A program made the translations under genes and the position numbers. Of a stretch of DNA of 64,000 nt, positions 49,215-59,163 are shown one piece after another. This DNA is from Pseudonocardia sp. (GTDB taxonomy: Bacteria; Actinomycetota; Actinomycetes; Mycobacteriales; Pseudonocardiaceae): contig DATAOO010000377.1 in NCBI GenBank assembly GCA_036265695.1, positions 11,716 through 75,715 of the forward strand, written 5' to 3'. The notes beneath the pieces were generated by a model that saw only the letters and a list, made by a program, of their open reading frames with translations, did no database searches and was not told the origin of the DNA. Position 1 is the first letter of the stretch; each line of letters starts with the position of its first letter.

Positions 49215-49607
49215 TCAGGCGACGGCGAGGGCCTCGTCGAGACTGCGAAACACCGACAGGCGGTCGGTCAACCCCGATGCCGCGATGGCGCGGATCACCG
49301 GACCTCCGTCACCGACGACGATGCGCAGGCATTGTCGGCTCCGGTCGGCTGTGTGCTGGGCCTCGATCAGCACCGCCAGGCCGATCGAACTCAAGAAGGT
49401 GACGGCGCTCAGCTCGATCACAACCATTCCCTGGCAGGCGTCGAACTCGTTCTGAACGGCGGTCGCGAGGTGGTCCGAGGTGGCGAGGTCGACCTCCCCG
49501 GCTGCGGTGATGACGACGGCGTGGGGAAGCCGGTGGTTGATGAGCTGCAACGGGAGTTTGTCATCGGTAGCGATGCTGGGTCTGTTGTTCCCTTCGTGAT
49601 TGCCCAT
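49215..49607 (-). CDS. STAS-domain anti-sigma-factor antagonist
   Basis: GEVDLAT, LSAVTFLSSIGL (phosphorylatable Ser), SLDEAL. Confidence 0.82.
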   Translation of the reverse strand: MGNHEGNNRPSIATDDKLPLQLINHRLPHAVVITAAGEVDLATSDHLATAVQNEFDACQGMVVIELSAVTFLSSIGLAVLIEAQHTADRSRQCLRIVVGDGGPVIRAIAASGLTDRLSVFRSLDEALAVA

Positions 49608-49814
49608 AGGTGTATAGCGCGATCAGAAGTACCGGTGTTACCGCGATGCGCTGAGGGCACCCGGCAACGGCTTCGCATTTGCGCGCATTCTTCGGACTTC
49701 GATCGGCATATGCATGAGATTGCTCGCGTTCGCCGGGAGGTCGCCGAAGTCGCCACCTGCGTGAACCGCAGGGGGTGCTCCGGACGTGGACTACCCATGT
49801 GGGGCGGGCAACCG

Positions 49815-51185
49815 ATGCGACCTTCCGCGGGCGAAGCCGCGCCGGTGCTGGACGTCGCGCGGATCCGGGAGCACTTCTGCTTCCCGGGGGTGGGGCGGGT
49901 GGCGACCAACAACGCGGCGAGTACCCAGCCGCCCCGCGAGCTGCTTGAGCTGTACCGTTCCTTGGCGCCGTGGTACGAGAACGTCCACCGGGGGCAGTCG
50001 TCGGCGTCGCAGCGCACGACCGCGCTGTTCGAGGAGTCCTACGACACGATCGCGACCTGGCTGAACGCGCGGAGCCGTCGCAACATCGTCACCTACCGCA
50101 ACGCCACCGAAGCCATCAACGCCGTGATGTACTCGCTGCTCACCGAGTTCCGCGACGGTGACAACGTGGTCACCACGATGATGGAGCACAACTCCGACTT
50201 CGTGCCGTGGCACGCGTTGAGCCGCGAGATCCTGCCGCGCTTCGGCCGCCGGGTGGAGTGTCGTCTCGCGCGGTTCGACCACCGTACGGGCGAGCTCGAC
50301 CTCCACCATCTCGCCCACCTGGTCGACTCCCGCACCAAGCTCGTGTGCGTCACCGGGGCATCGAACTTCCTCGGCACGAAGCCGCCGTTGCCCCTGGTCC
50401 GGGCCATCGCGGACGGCAGCGGGTACGCCCAACCCTCGGGGGAACACCGGTCGCTGCTGCTGGTCGACGCCGCCCAACTCGCGCCGAGCAGCGTCCTGGA
50501 CGTACAGGCCCTTGACGTGGACTACCTCGCGTTCTCCTTCCACAAGTTGCTCGCGCCGTTCGGCGTCGGCGTCCTGTACGCCAAGGAGCACCTGCTCGAG
50601 CAGGGCCTTCCGTTCCTCTACGGCGGCGACATGATCGCCGAAGGGCAGGTGGCGCCCGACCGCGTCGGCTACAACGCGCTGCCGTGGAAGTACGCCGCGG
50701 GCACGCCGAACATCCTCGGCGTCATCGTGTCGGCTCAGGCGCTGCGCCTGTTGCTCGACCTGGTCGCAGGTGGGGGATACCGGTGGTTCCGCAGCGTTCA
50801 GCCCGTCCCCAGGGACGTCGTCGTGTGGTCGATGGACCGCGTCGCGCAGCACACCCGGGTTGTCACCGAGCACGCGCTGCGCAGGGCGCGCGAGATCCCT
50901 GGGCTCACGGTGTACGGGCCCTCGCTGGGCGATTCGCGCTCGCCGCTGCTGGCCTTCAACGTGGCCGGTACCGACCCGATGTGGATCGCCGAGCAGCTCG
51001 ACCTGCTCGGCGTCGAGTCCCGGGCAGGCTGTCACTGCGCCACGCTCGCGCACCGCGAACTGAGCCTGACCCCCGCAGCGAGCTGCAGGTTGAGCTTCGC
51101 CCTCTACACGAGCCTTGACGACGTCGAGCGCGCGGTAGCGGCCCTCCGCTACGTCGCCGGACACGCCCGTCCGCGCGCGTCGTGA
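49815..51185 (+). CDS. class V PLP enzyme, SufS-like cysteine desulfurase (start 49797 or 49815)
   Basis: NNAASTQ, NVHRG, MEHNS, VDAAQ, SFHK (PLP Lys), AGTPN, RAGCHCA. Confidence 0.85.
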   Translation: MRPSAGEAAPVLDVARIREHFCFPGVGRVATNNAASTQPPRELLELYRSLAPWYENVHRGQSSASQRTTALFEESYDTIATWLNARSRRNIVTYRNATEAINAVMYSLLTEFRDGDNVVTTMMEHNSDFVPWHALSREILPRFGRRVECRLARFDHRTGELDLHHLAHLVDSRTKLVCVTGASNFLGTKPPLPLVRAIADGSGYAQPSGEHRSLLLVDAAQLAPSSVLDVQALDVDYLAFSFHKLLAPFGVGVLYAKEHLLEQGLPFLYGGDMIAEGQVAPDRVGYNALPWKYAAGTPNILGVIVSAQALRLLLDLVAGGGYRWFRSVQPVPRDVVVWSMDRVAQHTRVVTEHALRRAREIPGLTVYGPSLGDSRSPLLAFNVAGTDPMWIAEQLDLLGVESRAGCHCATLAHRELSLTPAASCRLSFALYTSLDDVERAVAALRYVAGHARPRAS

Positions 51186-51224
51186 GCGTTCCCGCCCGGG
51201 CCGCGAGGCTCAGGACGTGCCGGA

Positions 51225-51455
51225 TCAGCGCACGCGTCGGGTCCCGTTGTGGGCGTCGAGACGCAGCACGAGCTGCGCGGGGAGTCGATCCATCCGGAGC
51301 GCGGTCCGCAGCCGGGGGAGTGCCTCGTCGGTGATGCGGTCGCGGAGATCGGCCACCGGGGCGTGGGTTTCGACGGCGACGTCGAGGTGCACGGTCGGGG
51401 CGGAGCGCGCTCCGGCCAGGGTGGCGGTCGCGGTGTCGACGCCGCGGTAGGCGCC
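51225..51455 (-). pseudogene. 3' fragment resembling an AmaP/alkaline-shock membrane-anchor protein
   Basis: YRGVDTATATLAG...HLDVAVE...RITDEALPRLRTAL; no 5' part or TM segment. Confidence 0.5.
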
Positions 51456-51653
51456 ATCCTCGCCACCGGCATGAGCACCACGCTCACCATCCCCGGCCGC
51501 TTGCAGCGCAGCAGGCGCGACCACGAACGGATCCTCTCCGCGATCCTCGACGGCGACGCCGCCGCGGCCCGGCGTGCCGCGAAGCGCCACGTGACGGCGG
51601 CGCGGGACGCGGCGCTCCTGCGACTGGCGGGGGAGAAGCAGGAGCCCGCCTGA
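51453..51653 (+). pseudogene. 3' fragment of a GntR FCD domain
   Basis: PGRLQRSRRDHERILSAILDGDAAAARRAAKRHV with no HTH upstream. Confidence 0.6.
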
Positions 51654-51656
51654 GGG

Positions 51657-52661
51657 TCACACGGTGCCTGCCAGGGCGAGGGCGGCGAGCCCGACCGCGG
51701 CGACGAGCACCGTCGAGAGCGCGCCCAGCACGAGCCCGCGCCTGCCCGTGCGCAGGAGCGCCCCGAGCCGCACCTGGCTGCCCAGGCCGAACAGCGCCGC
51801 CGCGAACAGCAGGGTGGTGAGGACGCTGCCCACCTGGAGCGCGGCGGGGGGAACGACGCCGGTGGTGCGCAGCACCATCGTCGCGAGGAAGCCGACCACG
51901 AAGAGCGGCACGATGGGCGGCCTGCTGCCGGTGCTGGCCGCGTGGCGGCGTTGCACGACGCTCACCCCGGCGACCATGGGGGCCAGGAGGACGACTCGCG
52001 TCAGCTTGACGACGACGGCGACACCGACGGCCGCGGCACCCGCTGGCGATGCGGCCGCGACGACCTGCGCCACCTCGTGGACGGACACGCCCGCCCAGGC
52101 GCCGAGCTGTTCGGGCCGCAGCCCGAGCAGGCCACCGAGCAGCGGCACCAGGCCGATCGCCGCGCTGCCGTAGAGCGTCACGAGCGTGACCGCGGTCGCC
52201 ACGTCGCGCTTGTCGTGGTCGGTGACGCTGTCCATGGCCGCAATGGCCGACGCCCCGCAGATCGAGAACCCGGTGGCGACCATGAGGCCCAGCCCGGGCG
52301 ACACCCCCAGCGCCCGCCCCATCAGCAGCGTCCCGAAGAACGCCACCACCACGGTGCCGACGACCGCGAGCACGGTCCCGGCGCCGAGCCCGAGCACCTG
52401 CCCGAGGCCGAGCTGCAACCCGAGCAGCACGACGCCGAGGCGCAGGAACTTCTTGGTGGCCCAGCGCAGGCCCGCGGCGGTCGACGCGGGCAGGCGCGGA
52501 CCCGCCAGCACACCGAGCACGACGGCGAGCGTCAGCGCGCTGACCGCCGGGACGAGCCGGGCCGCGGCGAAGGCCACCGCGGTCGCCGCCGCGACCACGG
52601 CGAGCCCCGGCGCCAGTCGGTCCAGCGCCGTACCGGCGCGCGGCTCCTCTGTGACCACCAT
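51657..52661 (-). CDS. YeiH family (putative sulfate exporter) membrane protein
   Basis: LRLGVVLLG, GFSICGASAIAA, VHEVAQVVAA, VKLTRV. Confidence 0.88.
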   Translation of the reverse strand: MVVTEEPRAGTALDRLAPGLAVVAAATAVAFAAARLVPAVSALTLAVVLGVLAGPRLPASTAAGLRWATKKFLRLGVVLLGLQLGLGQVLGLGAGTVLAVVGTVVVAFFGTLLMGRALGVSPGLGLMVATGFSICGASAIAAMDSVTDHDKRDVATAVTLVTLYGSAAIGLVPLLGGLLGLRPEQLGAWAGVSVHEVAQVVAAASPAGAAAVGVAVVVKLTRVVLLAPMVAGVSVVQRRHAASTGSRPPIVPLFVVGFLATMVLRTTGVVPPAALQVGSVLTTLLFAAALFGLGSQVRLGALLRTGRRGLVLGALSTVLVAAVGLAALALAGTV

Positions 52662-52732
52662 GCACACCAGCGTCGCGCGCCGACCGGTCGCCCGGTAGCC
52701 GTCGATGCTTGCCCACGTCATAGCCTGGAGGC

Positions 52733-53662
52733 ATGGCTCAGCTGCCGGACGTCGAATCGTTGCAGCTCCTCGTGCTGGTGGGGGAGCACGGCAGTCTCAC
52801 GTCGGCGGCGGCTGTCGCGGGGATCAGCCAACCCTCGGCGAGCAAGCGGATGTCGGCGTTCGAGCGCAGGCTGGGCCTCACGCTGCTGGACCGCTCGCGG
52901 CGCGGGTCCGCGCTCACGCCGTCCGGGGTAGTGGTATGCGGATGGGCGCAGCGCGTGCTCGACCAGATGAGCGTGTTGGTGGACGGCGTGGCCGCACTGC
53001 GCCGCGAGCACACGCCCCAGCTGTCGCTCGCGGCGAGCCTGACCGTGGCCGAACACCTGCTCCCGGTCTGGCTCGGCGACCTGCGCCGCATCGCGCCGGA
53101 ACTGCACGTCGGGCTGCAAGTGGTGAACTCGAGCCGGGTCTGCGAACTGGTCAGCCGGGAAGGGGTCGAGCTGGGCTTCGTCGAGTCACCGGGTGGCCTG
53201 CGCGGGCTGCGGTCCCGGGTCGTCGCCTCCGACCGGCTCATACTGGTGGTCGCGCCCGACCACCCGTGGGCCCGGCGCCGCCGCCCGGTCGGGGCCGCCG
53301 AACTGGCCGCCACCGCCCTGATCAGCCGAGAGCCCGGCTCGGGCACCCGTGAAACGGCCGACCGCGCGCTGGTCGCCGCCGGGTTTCGCCCCGTGACCCC
53401 GCTGCTCGAGCTCGGCTCCGGCACGGCGGTGCGCAGTGCGGTCGCGGCGGGCGCAGGCCCGGCACTGCTCAGCGAGCTGGTCGTGGCACCGGATCTCGCC
53501 GCGGGCGTGCTCACCGAGGTGCCGACGGCCGAGGTCGACCTCGGCCGCACGCTGCGGGCGGTGTGGCGCGCGGGGGCGCGACCCAGTGGAAGGGCGGCCG
53601 ACCTGCTGCTCGTCGCCGCCCGCAGGCGTCGGGCGAGCGGAGTCCCGGCCCGCCGCCGATGA
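52733..53662 (+). CDS. LysR family regulator (YeiE/CysL-like)
   Basis: GSLTSAA..ISQPSAS HTH, ASLTVAEHLLP, REPGSGTR; divergent from yeiH. Confidence 0.9.
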   Translation: MAQLPDVESLQLLVLVGEHGSLTSAAAVAGISQPSASKRMSAFERRLGLTLLDRSRRGSALTPSGVVVCGWAQRVLDQMSVLVDGVAALRREHTPQLSLAASLTVAEHLLPVWLGDLRRIAPELHVGLQVVNSSRVCELVSREGVELGFVESPGGLRGLRSRVVASDRLILVVAPDHPWARRRRPVGAAELAATALISREPGSGTRETADRALVAAGFRPVTPLLELGSGTAVRSAVAAGAGPALLSELVVAPDLAAGVLTEVPTAEVDLGRTLRAVWRAGARPSGRAADLLLVAARRRRASGVPARRR

Positions 53663-53699
53663 GTGGCGGCGACGGCCGCTTGCCGTCCCGGCGCTCAGA

Positions 53700-54170
53700 T
53701 CAACGACAGCGATCCGGCACGGGGGAGACGAGCACGATCGCGTCCGGATCGATCGGCGCGGCGCGATCGGCCTGCTGCCGGGGCTCGACCAGTGCGGCGC
53801 GCGCCGCCTCCACATGGGGGAAGGTGGACCACCGGCCGAGGAATCGGCGGACCTGTAGTGAGGACGCGGCCACCAGCACCCCGGCCCCGACCAGGTGGAT
53901 CCCGACACCCCGCCGACCGGCCTCGGTGCGGGCCTGCTCGAGCAGGGCCAGCCCCGACGGGGCGGCGCGGCGGGTGTGGCTCAGGTCGATGAGCAGGTGC
54001 GCGAGGTGCGCCTCGCCGACGTCGAGCCGGTGCAGCCACGCCTCGCACCACGGCAGCAACCGCGCCGCCGTGGCGTGGTCGAGCTCGACCGGGGCTGCGA
54101 CCACCGCCAGGTGCCCCGCCCGCGACCACGGCGCCTCCGCGGTAGGCCCAGGCTGGGAGGGAGGGGTCAT
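53700..54170 (-). CDS. degenerate STAS-domain protein
   Basis: VELDHATA...LLIDLSHT...SGLALL. Confidence 0.55.
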   Translation of the reverse strand: MTPPSQPGPTAEAPWSRAGHLAVVAAPVELDHATAARLLPWCEAWLHRLDVGEAHLAHLLIDLSHTRRAAPSGLALLEQARTEAGRRGVGIHLVGAGVLVAASSLQVRRFLGRWSTFPHVEAARAALVEPRQQADRAAPIDPDAIVLVSPVPDRCR

Positions 54171-54407
54171 CCCGGCTTGCCGGGCGGTGGGGGTGGTGGC
54201 GGTGGCCTGCCGTTTCCGGTGCAGCAGATGATCGCGCTTAGGTCCATGACCTGCTTCTCCCTCGCCCTCAGCGCCGAACCACAGCCCGGACGGCGCAGTG
54301 CCGGGCGGTGGGGTGGCGGGCGCCCTCCTCGCGGGTCCCACTATGGCCCGTCGTCCAGGTTTCGTCTAGGTTTTCTGGCGACGCGGCACAACCACCGTGG
54401 AGGGCGC

Positions 54408-55325
54408 ATGAACGATGTTCCGGGCTCCGACGTTCCCGCTCCTCCGCTCGCAGGTGGGCCACCGGAAGCCGCGGATCCGCCCTCGGACGGCGGCTGGTCG
54501 ATCGCCGAGGCGGGCCGCGATCTCGGCCTCGCGCCCGACACCTTGCGCAAGTGGCAGCACCGCTACGGGCTCGGCCCCAGCCGCAGCTCCAGCGGCGGCC
54601 ATCGCCGCTACGTCCACGCCGACCTGTTGCGCCTGCGGCGGGTCCGCGACCTCATCGCCCGAGGCGTCGCCACCGCGGAAGCCGCCCGCCAGGTCCTGCA
54701 GGACGAGGCAATCGGGTTGGAGTCGTCCGGCTCCGACCCGGCCGTTCGCCGACTGGCCGCCGCGGCCGCGCAGCTGGACGGCCCCAGCGTGCGACACCTG
54801 GTCGACCAGGAGCTCGCCCGACGCGGGGTCGTCGACACCTGGGAACACCTCCTGCGGCCCGTCCTCGTCTCCGCAGGCGCCGCTGCCGAGCGGTCCACCC
54901 ACGCCATCGCCGTGGAGCACGTGCTCTCCCACGTCGTCCACGCCGCCTTGAGCAGCCGGATCCCACCGGCGGCCACCGGGACGCCCCGGCCCACCCTGTT
55001 GGCCTGCGCCCCGGACGAAGAGCACGAGCTGCCGATGGTCGCGCTCGCCGCCGCACTGGCCGAGCGCGGGATCGCCAGTACCCTGCTCGGTGCTCGCACC
55101 CCGCCTGCCGCGGCTGCTTCCTTCCTGGATGGCCTGCTCGTGGTGTTCGCGCTGCTGCCCCAGGACGTCCCCGAATTCGTGCAGGACCCGGCTCCCGGTA
55201 CCACGATCGTGGCCGCCGGACCCGGCTGGGACCCCGCAGCACTGCCGCCGCGGATCCGCCACGTCAACTCGTTGCCCGCGGCGATCGCGCTCTTCGACGG
55301 ATCAACCGACGCCACGGATGAGTAG
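54408..55325 (+). CDS. MerR family regulator with cobalamin-binding-like domain (CarH/LitR-like)
   Basis: TLRKWQHRYGLGPS.SSGGHRRY HTH; VEH and ACAPDEEHELP; GGAGG RBS. Confidence 0.83.
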   Translation: MNDVPGSDVPAPPLAGGPPEAADPPSDGGWSIAEAGRDLGLAPDTLRKWQHRYGLGPSRSSSGGHRRYVHADLLRLRRVRDLIARGVATAEAARQVLQDEAIGLESSGSDPAVRRLAAAAAQLDGPSVRHLVDQELARRGVVDTWEHLLRPVLVSAGAAAERSTHAIAVEHVLSHVVHAALSSRIPPAATGTPRPTLLACAPDEEHELPMVALAAALAERGIASTLLGARTPPAAAASFLDGLLVVFALLPQDVPEFVQDPAPGTTIVAAGPGWDPAALPPRIRHVNSLPAAIALFDGSTDATDE

Positions 55326-55327
55326 CC

Positions 55328-55639
55328 ATGACAGGTCACGGAACCGACGCAAGCCCCGCCATCCACCTCGAGGTGGCAGGCCCGCTCGACGTCGACGTCC
55401 TCGAGTCGCTGATCCGGTTCGCCCATTCCACGATCCGTTCCGGATGCGCCGAGCTGGTGCTGGAGCTCAACGCGCTCACGGACTTCCCCACCCGGTTGTT
55501 CAGCGACCTGCACCACCTGGACCAGACCGCCCGCCTGCACCGGTGCCACCTGCAACTGCTCGGCTTGGACGAGGCCGTCGCGACCGCGCTCTGCACGAGC
55601 CGCGGCGCCGTGACGGGTCTGACTGATCGTCGGCGCTAG
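55328..55639 (+). CDS. small STAS-like protein
   Basis: LEVAGPLD...[11 protein letters not shown]; starts 3 nt after the MerR stop. Confidence 0.55.
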   Translation: MTGHGTDASPAIHLEVAGPLDVDVLESLIRFAHSTIRSGCAELVLELNALTDFPTRLFSDLHHLDQTARLHRCHLQLLGLDEAVATALCTSRGAVTGLTDRRR

Positions 55640-57879
55640 CCGAGGCGCTGGGCGCGCAACCGCAACGCGTTGGCGATGACGCTCACCGAGGACAGCGCCA
55701 TCGCCGCCGCCGCGATCATCGGCGACAGCAGCAGGCCGAACGCCGGGTAGAGCACCCCGGCCGCGATGGGGATGCCCGCGGCGTTGTACACGAAGGCGAA
55801 CACGAGGTTCTGCCGGATGTTCGACATGGTCGACCGCGACAGGTGCCGCGCTCGGACGATGCCGGTGAGGTCGCCCTTGAGCAGGGTCACCCCGGCGCTC
55901 TCGATCGCGACGTCGGTGCCGGAGCTCATCGCCAGGCCGACGTCGGCGGCGGCGAGCGCGGGCGCGTCGTTCACGCCGTCACCTGCCATCGCGACCACGC
56001 GGCCGCCGCGGCGCAGCCGGTTGACCACGTCGCTCTTGTGGTCGGGCAGCACCTCGGCCTCGACCCGGTCGATGCCGAGCCGACGTCCGACGGCCTCGGC
56101 GGTGACCCGGTTGTCGCCGGTGAGCATCACGACCTCGATCCCGTCCCGGCGCAGCGCTTCGAGGGCGGCGGGCGTGGTCTCCTTGACGGGGTCCGCGATG
56201 GCGAAGATCCCGGCGGTCCGGTCGTCGACGCCGATGAAGATCGCGGTCGCACCGTCGGCGCGGAGCCGGTCGGCCTCCGCGCCGAGGCCGCTGGTGTCGA
56301 GACCCCGGCTGGTGAGGAACGTCGCGCTGCCCAGCAGGACGCGGTGGCCCTCGACGTGCCCGGTGACGCCCTTGCCTGCCGGGGCGTCGAAGTCGGTGAC
56401 GTCCGGGATCGGCAGTCCGGCGTCGGTGGCGGCGTCGACGACGGCGCGGCCGAGCGGATGCTCGGAGGCGCGTTCGACGCCCGCGGCGAGCCGCAGCAGC
56501 TCGTCGCGGTCGAAGCCGGCGGCCGGGACGATCGCCGTGACCGACGGCCGACCTTCGGTGAGGGTGCCGGTCTTGTCGACGACGAGCGTGTTCACCTTCT
56601 CCATCAGTTCGAGCGCCTCGGCGTTCTTGATCAGCACACCGAGACCGGCGCCGCGCCCGACCCCGACCATGATCGACATCGGGGTGGCCAGGCCGAGCGC
56701 GCAGGGGCACGCGATGATCAGGACGGTGACGGCGACGATGAGCGCGTGGGCCAGCCGCGGGTCCGGTCCCACCGTGGCCCAGACCAGGAACGCGACGACG
56801 GCGACGACGATCACCGCGGGCACGAACCAGGCCGCGACCCGGTCGGCCGTGCGCTGGATCGGCGCGCGGGACCGCTGGGCCTCGGCGACCATCTGCACGA
56901 TCCGGGCGAGCATCGTGTCGCGCCCGATCTTGTCCGCGCGCATGACCAACGCGCCCGTCTGGTTCACCGTGCCGCCGATGACGCCGTCCCCGGCCGTCTT
57001 CGTGGTCGGCATCGCCTCGCCGGTCACCAGCGACTCGTCGAGCGAGGAGCGGCCGTCCTCGACGGTGCCGTCGACCGGGACCGTCTCGCCGGGGCGGACC
57101 CGCAGCCGGTCACCGATCTGGACCAGGTCGAGGGTGATCTCGTCCTCGGTGCCGTCCGGGTTGATGCGGTGTGCGGTCTTGGGGGTCAGGTCGAGCAGCG
57201 CCTTGATGGCTCCGGAGGTGCGCTCACGGGCGCGGAGCTCGAGGACCTGCCCCAGCAGGACGAGCGCCGTGATGACGGACGCGGCTTCGAAGTAGACGTC
57301 GACCGCGCCGTCCATCCGGAACGCCTCGGGGAAGATCCCCGGGGCCACGGTCGCGATGACGCTGAACAGCCAGGCCACGCCCGTGCCCATCGCGATGAGC
57401 GTGAACATGTTCAGCTTCAGGGTGCGGACCGAGGTCCAACCGCGTTCGAAGAACGGCAGGCCTGCCCACAGCACCACCGGGGTGGCCAGGACGAGCTGGA
57501 TCCAGGCGGAGACCCCGGCGGGGATGGTGTCGCGGATCGCCGGGACCAGGTCGGTGCCCATGCCGAGCAGGAGCACCGGGATCGCCAGTGCGGCCGCCAC
57601 CCAGAACCGGCGCGTCATGTCGGCCAGCTCCGGACTCGGGCCGGAGTCCGCCGTGACGGTCACCGGCTCCAGCGCCATCCCGCAGATCGGGCACGCCCCG
57701 GGGGCGGAGCGGCGGATCTCCGGGTGCATCGGGCACGTCCACTCCGCGACCTCGCCTGCCACCTCGCCTGCCGCTGCGGCGGCCGACGGCGCGGCCGGGT
57801 GCCCGGCGTGGTCCGACCCGTGGCAGGCGTGCTCGTGCGCGACGGGTTCGGCGTGGTGGTGATGGGTGCGACCGACCAT
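55636..57879 (-). CDS. copA: copper-translocating P1B-type ATPase
   Basis: His-rich N-terminus, [48 protein letters not shown]. Confidence 0.94.
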   Translation of the reverse strand: MVGRTHHHHAEPVAHEHACHGSDHAGHPAAPSAAAAAGEVAGEVAEWTCPMHPEIRRSAPGACPICGMALEPVTVTADSGPSPELADMTRRFWVAAALAIPVLLLGMGTDLVPAIRDTIPAGVSAWIQLVLATPVVLWAGLPFFERGWTSVRTLKLNMFTLIAMGTGVAWLFSVIATVAPGIFPEAFRMDGAVDVYFEAASVITALVLLGQVLELRARERTSGAIKALLDLTPKTAHRINPDGTEDEITLDLVQIGDRLRVRPGETVPVDGTVEDGRSSLDESLVTGEAMPTTKTAGDGVIGGTVNQTGALVMRADKIGRDTMLARIVQMVAEAQRSRAPIQRTADRVAAWFVPAVIVVAVVAFLVWATVGPDPRLAHALIVAVTVLIIACPCALGLATPMSIMVGVGRGAGLGVLIKNAEALELMEKVNTLVVDKTGTLTEGRPSVTAIVPAAGFDRDELLRLAAGVERASEHPLGRAVVDAATDAGLPIPDVTDFDAPAGKGVTGHVEGHRVLLGSATFLTSRGLDTSGLGAEADRLRADGATAIFIGVDDRTAGIFAIADPVKETTPAALEALRRDGIEVVMLTGDNRVTAEAVGRRLGIDRVEAEVLPDHKSDVVNRLRRGGRVVAMAGDGVNDAPALAAADVGLAMSSGTDVAIESAGVTLLKGDLTGIVRARHLSRSTMSNIRQNLVFAFVYNAAGIPIAAGVLYPAFGLLLSPMIAAAAMALSSVSVIANALRLRAQRLG

Positions 57880-57894
57880 GCCCACACCATAGCC

Positions 57895-57914
57895 TATTAC
57901 CCCTGGGGGGTATA
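57895..57914. promoter_or_regulatory. CsoR-type operator upstream of copA
   Basis: TATTACCCCTGGGGGGTATA, a TACC..GGTA C/G-tract pseudo-palindrome. Confidence 0.7.
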
Positions 57915-57960
57915 GAGATGTGCCGCACACCGTGCTCATCTCCGACGTACGCTCAGCCCG

Positions 57961-59151
57961 GTGACCCGCAGCCAGGACGTACTCGACTCCGCCCGGGGCT
58001 GGGTCACCGTCGGCGCCGCCTTCGTCGCCATGGTGGCCGTGTTCGGGGTGGCCTACAGCTTCGGGGCGTTCTTCGCGCCGATGGCCGCGGAGTTCAGGAC
58101 CGGCAGCGGGGCGACGTCGCTGGTCTTCTCGATCACCGCCTGCTGCTGGTTCCTGCTCGGTTCGGTGAGCGGGCGGGCGGTGGACCGGGTCGGGCCGCGG
58201 CCGGTGCTGCTCATCGGGGCCGTGGCGCTGGCGGGCGGGTTACTCGCGACGTCCGCGGCGCAGCAGCTGTGGGTCGGCTACCTCGGGTACGGCCTCGGCG
58301 TCGGGGTGGCGGTCGCGTGCGGGTACGTGCCCATGGTCGCGGTCGTCAGCGGGTGGTTCGAGCGGCGCCGGGCGCTCGCGGTTGGTGTGGCGGTCGCGGG
58401 GATCGGGGTGGGCACGTTGGCCGGTGCGCCGCTCGCGGCCACCTTGATCGCGGAGTACGGGTGGCGGCGGGCGCACCTCCTGCTGGCGCTCGGCGGGTCG
58501 GTGCTGCTCGTCGTCGCGGCGGTCGCGGCGCGCAGGCCGCCCCGGCCGGTGGGCGAGGAGTCGTGGGCCCTGCGTGACGTCGTGCGCACCGGGGAGTTCC
58601 GGGCGATGTACGTCGCCACCTTGCTGGCCTCGATCGCGTTGTTCGTGCCGTTCGTGTACCTCCCGACGGCCGCCCTCGCGAACGGCGTCTCGCCGGTCGC
58701 GGCGGCGGCGCTGATCGGCGTGATCGGGGTGGCGAGCGTCGTCGGGCGCCTCGCGATCGGTGCGCTGGCCGATCGGGTCGGGCGCGTGCGGACCTTCCAG
58801 GCTTCTTTCGGGGTCCTCGCGGCGAGCTTCCTGATCTGGCTGGTCGGCGGGTCCTGGCCCTGGTTGTCGGCGTTCGCGGTCGTGCTCGGCACCGGCTACG
58901 GCGGGTGGATCGCGCTGCAGCCGACGGTGCTCGCGCAGCTGTTCGGCACGCGGGGACTCGGTGGGCTGGTCGGACTGGTCTACACCGCAGCGGGAGTCGG
59001 CGCGCTCATCGGGCCGCCCCTCGCGGGCGTCCTCGTGGACGCCACCGGCGGGTACCGGTGGGCGATCGCGGCCGCTGGGGTCGCGGGGCTCGGCGCGTTC
59101 GTGGCGCTCCTGCCGCTGCGCTCGGGGCCCGCGCTGCGCCGCTCGCCGTGA
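57961..59151 (+). CDS. MFS transporter (OFA/MCT-like)
   Basis: about 12 TMs, [29 protein letters not shown]. Confidence 0.88.
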   Translation: MTRSQDVLDSARGWVTVGAAFVAMVAVFGVAYSFGAFFAPMAAEFRTGSGATSLVFSITACCWFLLGSVSGRAVDRVGPRPVLLIGAVALAGGLLATSAAQQLWVGYLGYGLGVGVAVACGYVPMVAVVSGWFERRRALAVGVAVAGIGVGTLAGAPLAATLIAEYGWRRAHLLLALGGSVLLVVAAVAARRPPRPVGEESWALRDVVRTGEFRAMYVATLLASIALFVPFVYLPTAALANGVSPVAAAALIGVIGVASVVGRLAIGALADRVGRVRTFQASFGVLAASFLIWLVGGSWPWLSAFAVVLGTGYGGWIALQPTVLAQLFGTRGLGGLVGLVYTAAGVGALIGPPLAGVLVDATGGYRWAIAAAGVAGLGAFVALLPLRSGPALRRSP

Positions 59152-59163
59152 GCGCGCAACTCC

